Assembly: GCA_027859095.1 (NCBI GenBank)
Contig: JAQIBN010000006.1
Span: forward strand, 18,008-82,007
Length of the DNA stretch: 64,000 nt
Origin: Spirochaetia bacterium
GTDB lineage: Bacteria > Spirochaetota > Spirochaetia > B11-G9
Direction: 5' to 3'
Part shown: positions 61,025 to 64,000 of the stretch, piece by piece
Layout of the letters: each line of letters opens with the position of its first letter
Position numbering within the stretch: position 1 is the stretch's first letter
The notes under the pieces: generated by a model
Told to the model about the DNA's origin: nothing
Databases searched by the model: none
What the model saw: the letters and a program-made list of their open reading frames with translations, nothing else
Translations under genes and position numbers: made by a program

Positions 61025-61573
61025 ATGAAACTTGTTTGCGGTATTGATGAAGCTGGAAGAGGGCCAATTGCAGGGCCGGTAACAGCAGGGGCTGTAATTC
61101 TTCCAATTGATTTTCCATATGAAATATTAAATGATTCAAAATTATTAAGTGAAAAAAAGCGTGAATTTGCAGCAGAAATTATTCTTAAAAAATCTATAGC
61201 ATATGGAATTGGTTGGGTCTGGCCACCTGAAATCGATAAAATAAATATTCATCATGCATCCCTATTAGCAATGAAACGAGCTTATGGCCAATTGAAAGTT
61301 AAAGCTGATTTTACAATGATCGATGGTAAATTTACTCCTGATATTGATGTGAAATCTGAAGCTATCGTAAAAGGCGATTTAAAAATCAGAGAAATTCAGG
61401 CAGCTTCAATCTTAGCTAAAACAGCTAGAGATAGATGGATGATTAGATATTCCTGGATTGATGGTAGATATGGATTTGAAAAACATAAAGGATACCCTAC
61501 AAAATATCACAGGGAACAATGTTTGGAATACGGAATATCATATATACATAGAAAAAGTTTTAAAATTCTCTAA
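61025..61573 (+). CDS. rnhB: Ribonuclease HII
   Basis: GIDEAGRGP, NDSK, IDG, KGD, AASILAK, HKGYPT. Confidence 0.96.
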   Translation: MKLVCGIDEAGRGPIAGPVTAGAVILPIDFPYEILNDSKLLSEKKREFAAEIILKKSIAYGIGWVWPPEIDKINIHHASLLAMKRAYGQLKVKADFTMIDGKFTPDIDVKSEAIVKGDLKIREIQAASILAKTARDRWMIRYSWIDGRYGFEKHKGYPTKYHREQCLEYGISYIHRKSFKIL

Positions 61574-61577
61574 TACT

Positions 61578-61614
61578 GACTGAAGACAAAAATAAGTTAT
61601 ACTAGTCTTCAGTC
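61578..61614. terminator. Hairpin between convergent rnhB and PUR-family genes
   Basis: 10-bp IR GACTGAAGAC/GTCTTCAGTC. Confidence 0.6.
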
Positions 61615-61630
61615 CAGAATGACAAAAATA

Positions 61631-61894
61631 TTACCTTTTATTTTTGTTTTTGTTTCTAACAATAAAATCTGATGCTTTCTGGAAAGATTCAATAAATTCT
61701 TCAATATCCTCTTCAAAAACCATTACAGAATGTCGCTCAAAACCTTCTTCACCATGCTTTTTACTTTCTACTATGTTTAGAAAAAGATCCCCGTGCCTGT
61801 TCTCTTTTACATTAAAAAAATAGGTCCGCTTATCAGAGTTGGCTCTGGTAGAAAAAACTTCACCTCTTAATCCCATAACAATATCCTGCTTCAT
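61631..61894 (-). CDS. DUF3276/PUR family nucleic-acid-binding protein (BpuR-like)
   Basis: [31 protein letters not shown]. Confidence 0.88.
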   Translation of the reverse strand: MKQDIVMGLRGEVFSTRANSDKRTYFFNVKENRHGDLFLNIVESKKHGEEGFERHSVMVFEEDIEEFIESFQKASDFIVRNKNKNKR

Positions 61895-62038
61895 ATTAAA
61901 ATTTTCAAGTGGATACTACTCTATCACTTACTAAGTTGCAATAGCTACAAAATTCTTCACATCTACTTGACGATTATAACCATATTTAGTATACATATGA
62001 AACTAAAACATACGAGTATATTACTCGGGTGTTTAAAT

Positions 62039-62109
62039 GCGTCTGTCGTATAATGGTATTACCTCAGCCTTCCAAGCTGATGACGTCGGTTCGATTCCGA
62101 TCAGACGCT
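62039..62109 (+). tRNA. tRNA-Gly (anticodon TCC), CCA not encoded
   Basis: Acceptor GCGTCTG/CAGACGC, anticodon arm TCAGC-CTTCCAA-GCTGA, T-loop GGTTCGATTCC. Confidence 0.95.
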
Positions 62110-62118
62110 CTTAATTTC

Positions 62119-62157
62119 AAACCTAAATGCTTATATAATAAGCGTTTAGGTTTTTTT
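62119..62157 (+). terminator. Rho-independent terminator after tRNA-Gly
   Basis: AAACCTAAATGCTTAT/ATAAGCGTTTAGGTTT followed by T-run. Confidence 0.7.
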
Positions 62158-62497
62158 ATTGTTTGTTTTTTCCTGCTGTCTGAGAAAATTGTGAGAAAAG
62201 ACAGAAACAAATGATAAGGGTTAAAAGTCTCAAACCTCAATTTGATAATTACCTGGATGTTACTGTGCACATATAAGTTAAATACTTTAGAGCAAGATAT
62301 AATTGAAGATCAAATAAATGCTGATATGCACGAAGATATTGAAGATTATTTATATTCAGTGTATTTAGATTCGATTAGAGATGAAAATTAGAAATTTTCC
62401 CATGGCTCCTACTGTGTTTTTATATTGGGAAATAACAGAGAGACGACCAGGAAGTTAATTGCATAAAGCAGGGTTATACCAAGTTTTTTAGAGTGAT

Positions 62498-64000
62498 TCA
62501 CATCCCAATCCGATTCTTCTTAAAATTCTCCGCCTGTTCAAATATCTCTTTATACACTTCGTCCCGATCAACCGGTGGATAATCATTTTCAGCAAGTAAA
62601 ATTATGAGGTCAGCCTTTAACTCAGCTTTAATATCGTCCCGCCGACTCCAGTCTGTGTATTTAGCTTTATCATCTACAACAAGTTTAACTTTTCCAGCTA
62701 AAACAAGCAGCTTATCTTCCGGATAGTTAAAATCATATTTATGGGCAAGAGCCTTAAGAATGTCATAAAAGGCCTTTTCCTCAAAATCAATACCAAGATC
62801 TACAAAGGATTCTTTCTCTTTTTTCATGGCATTGTAGAGATCGATAATTTCATCGGCAAAATCATCCATCACTTCGCTTCTTAAAGTATCTTCCTCTTTC
62901 CGTTCATTGTATTTATCTACTATGGCTTTAAATTTTTTAGAGAAATCGATTCCCTGCATCTTATTCACCTTTTTAAACTCTTCAATAGCCTTCTTGAGTA
63001 ACAGCTGGAGAAGTTTGATTTTTGTATTGGGAAGTTTAATCTTAGCAATTTTTGCCAGGTAATCTTCATCGAAAATATCGATTTGAGTTTCTTCACTGTC
63101 ACCGAGTTTGAAAATTTCTTCAACTCCATCGCTCTGAATAGCTTCTTTTATCAATTCCCGCACTCTGGCATTCATCTGTGCCGTATCTGGAGCAGCTCCT
63201 TTTGTCAGTTTAAAAACGATGGATCGCACTGCCAGATAAAAATGAATCAGATCCCGTTGTCTTTGAGAGAAGGCTTCGTTTCCACAACAGATATCGTAGG
63301 CACTCTTGAGTCGTTTTACCAGATTCATGAACCGGTGTTCCATCTTCTGTGTTTTCTGTACATATTCAGAGGCATTATTGAGGCATTGGAGCTGTTCAAT
63401 TGGACTGCCATGAATGTATGAAGAAATATCAAAATGATGAAAGAGCATTTTTAGAAGATCCAGATGATCTTTAACAATGATGATGGACTGCTCGATATCT
63501 TCGAAATTGGAAACGTCTGTTTTGGAAAAATGAGCCAGTGCCTGGTTCATCTGAGATTTTATTCCTATATAGTCGATGACCAGTCCTTTCTCTTTATTTT
63601 TATATTTGCGGTTTACTCTCGATATGGTCTGGATCAGGCTGTGCTTTTGAATGGGTTTATCGATGTAGATGGAATCTAGAAATGGTACATCGAAACCTGT
63701 AAGCCACATATCGACAACAATGGCTATCTTGAAATTGGATTTTGCACTTTTGAATTGCCGATCCAGTTCTTTCCGGTATTCTTTGGTTCCCAGCAGATTA
63801 TAAAACTCTAGAGGATCATCCTGGCCACGGGTCATTATCATTTTTACCCGTTCTATGGGTTTTATCTCTTTCTTTTCTTTGTCATTGAGGATTACACCTT
63901 CTTCACAAATTAGGACTTCGGCCCATTGTGATCTGATGGCAATGATCTGTTTATATAAGTCGTAGGCTATGAACCGGCTACTGCAGACAAAAAGAGCCTT
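62498..64000 (-). CDS. hsdR: Type I restriction endonuclease subunit R (5' part outside window)
   Basis: IVVDMWLTGFDVP, YIDKP, LIQTISRVNR, DYIG, DUF3387-like tail (EEKAFYD, DW, YPP); frame open to window end. Confidence 0.93.
   Translation of the reverse strand, partial: KALFVCSSRFIAYDLYKQIIAIRSQWAEVLICEEGVILNDKEKKEIKPIERVKMIMTRGQDDPLEFYNLLGTKEYRKELDRQFKSAKSNFKIAIVVDMWLTGFDVPFLDSIYIDKPIQKHSLIQTISRVNRKYKNKEKGLVIDYIGIKSQMNQALAHFSKTDVSNFEDIEQSIIIVKDHLDLLKMLFHHFDISSYIHGSPIEQLQCLNNASEYVQKTQKMEHRFMNLVKRLKSAYDICCGNEAFSQRQRDLIHFYLAVRSIVFKLTKGAAPDTAQMNARVRELIKEAIQSDGVEEIFKLGDSEETQIDIFDEDYLAKIAKIKLPNTKIKLLQLLLKKAIEEFKKVNKMQGIDFSKKFKAIVDKYNERKEEDTLRSEVMDDFADEIIDLYNAMKKEKESFVDLGIDFEEKAFYDILKALAHKYDFNYPEDKLLVLAGKVKLVVDDKAKYTDWSRRDDIKAELKADLIILLAENDYPPVDRDEVYKEIFEQAENFKKNRIGM

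Noticed and set aside
60801..61139. 112-aa minus-strand ORF over the GC-rich island
   Set aside because: Overlaps rnhB antisense, has no SD or motifs; the hairpins are better explained as RNA structure
62029..62270. Short ORFs on both strands
   Set aside because: They overlap tRNA-Gly and its terminator
1..64000. CRISPR array, IS element, prophage or rRNA
   Set aside because: No regularly spaced repeats, transposase, integrase, phage structural or rRNA-like sequence was seen

Overview
AT-rich bacterial chromosome segment, most likely a free-living Spirochaetaceae member. The evidence is a DUF2259 protein, an rnhB/PUR-family gene pair, and substrate-binding proteins with 'FAGGxxE'-type leaders. 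It is mostly accessory metabolism: (i) a decaying ThDP-enzyme/aminotransferase/NitT-TauT ABC operon and an asd relic; (ii) an SPFH-DUF401 membrane operon; (iii) an AraC-DUF4380-Zn dehydrogenase-aldo/keto reductase cassette; (iv) a sigma54-controlled peptidase/Dpp ABC system; (v) a large L-rhamnose-type locus interrupted by two toxin-antitoxin pairs and extended by a UroD/MtaA-family Zn enzyme and an extra fucose/arabinose-type isomerase; (vi) MarR-wrbA, a two-component system beside a putative heme-b/ferric-reductase cluster, RidA with a PLP decarboxylase, and a broken DNA methyltransferase; (vii) rnhB, tRNA-Gly(TCC) and the edge of a probable island with a type I hsdR. The best leads are the UroD-like/isomerase extension of the rhamnose locus (possible modified or O-methylated sugar pathway), an unannotated ~100-nt structured RNA with its own promoter at ~60787-60893, and repeated gene collapse by internal deletion. 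Family calls come from motif recognition only; no searches or GC calculations were run.
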